NCBI GenBank assembly: GCA_965227515.1
Contig: CBDDFZ010000001.1
Coordinates: 2,336,001-2,400,000 of the forward strand
Reading direction: 5' to 3'
DNA length: 64,000 nt
Source: Alphaproteobacteria bacterium
Lineage (GTDB): Bacteria; Pseudomonadota; Alphaproteobacteria; CALKHQ01
A model generated the notes under the pieces. The model was not told the origin of the DNA. It was given only the letters and a program-made list of their open reading frames with translations, and made no database searches. This document shows, piece by piece, positions 63,570 through 64,000 of the stretch; within the stretch, counting starts at the first letter, position 1, and every line of letters begins with the position of its first letter. The position numbers and the translations under genes are program-made.

Positions 63570-64000
63570 CTACTCCGCAGTGGCCGCGTCGTAGATGTCG
63601 TGGGTGTAGGCACCCTCCGGCCGCGCGGTGATGACCGGAGCCTCGCCGCCGCCAAGCAGCAGGACGTCGACCGACCGCTCGAACGCCTCGGGGTCGAGGT
63701 AGCCGACCGGCGCCTCGTCGGCGTTGATCAGCAGCGCCACCTGTTCCATGGCGTAGATCTGCTTCTCCATCGACTGGCTGAGCCCGGTCTCGTCATTGGC
63801 GATCACGGCATCGACCGCACCCTCGGGATCGCCCGCGGCATCGGCCCAGCCGCGGATGCTGGCGCGCACGAAGCGGGTCAGCTTGTCCACCGTCTCCGCG
63901 TCCTCCAGGCTGCCTTCCAGCACGTAGAGGCCGTCCTCCAGCACCGAGGCGTTGTAGTCCTCGTACTGGAACACGTTCAGGTCCTCCGGCGCGAAGCCGG
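63570..64000 (-). CDS. ABC transporter substrate-binding protein, NMT1/THI5-like (5' end outside window)
   Basis: LEDGLYV, RFVRASIRGW, PEGAYTHD; upstream of the ureidopropionase-like gene. Confidence 0.75.
   Translation of the reverse strand, partial: GFAPEDLNVFQYEDYNASVLEDGLYVLEGSLEDAETVDKLTRFVRASIRGWADAAGDPEGAVDAVIANDETGLSQSMEKQIYAMEQVALLINADEAPVGYLDPEAFERSVDVLLLGGGEAPVITARPEGAYTHDIYDAATAE

Overview
High-GC alphaproteobacterial chromosomal DNA, Rhodospirillales-like by gene order and protein style (an inference). 1-21 kb is the conserved dcw cluster (murE-murF-mraY-murD-ftsW-murG-murC-murB-ddl-ftsQ-ftsA-ftsZ), then lpxC-bamD-recN-ligA. The rest mixes housekeeping genes (gpmA, fumC, trmJ, cimA, purE, purK) with regulator/detox modules, an orphan dhaM-HPr-EI PTS module, a soluble chemoreceptor, a diguanylate cyclase, four Gfo/Idh/MocA oxidoreductases, a PhyH plus Rieske oxygenase operon, a TadG-like protein and the end of a pyrimidine-catabolism/ABC operon. 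I saw no rRNA, tRNA, CRISPR, prophage or intact transposase. Most notable signals: (1) a ~210 bp stretch inside murG with abruptly different codon usage and 7 GANTC (CcrM) sites, 4 of them perfect YGAKTCG GcrA-type motifs, a candidate methylation-controlled element hidden in an essential gene; (2) several distinct palindromic mini-element families, including three stacked CTAG-bounded elements and a hairpin repeated 45 kb away with a conserved loop; (3) three small ORFs below the ORF-track cutoff, including half of a two-gene small-membrane-protein module; (4) a Rieske oxygenase whose first cluster Cys is Phe; (5) a low-GC islet of unknown genes. All calls were made by eye, with no database searches.
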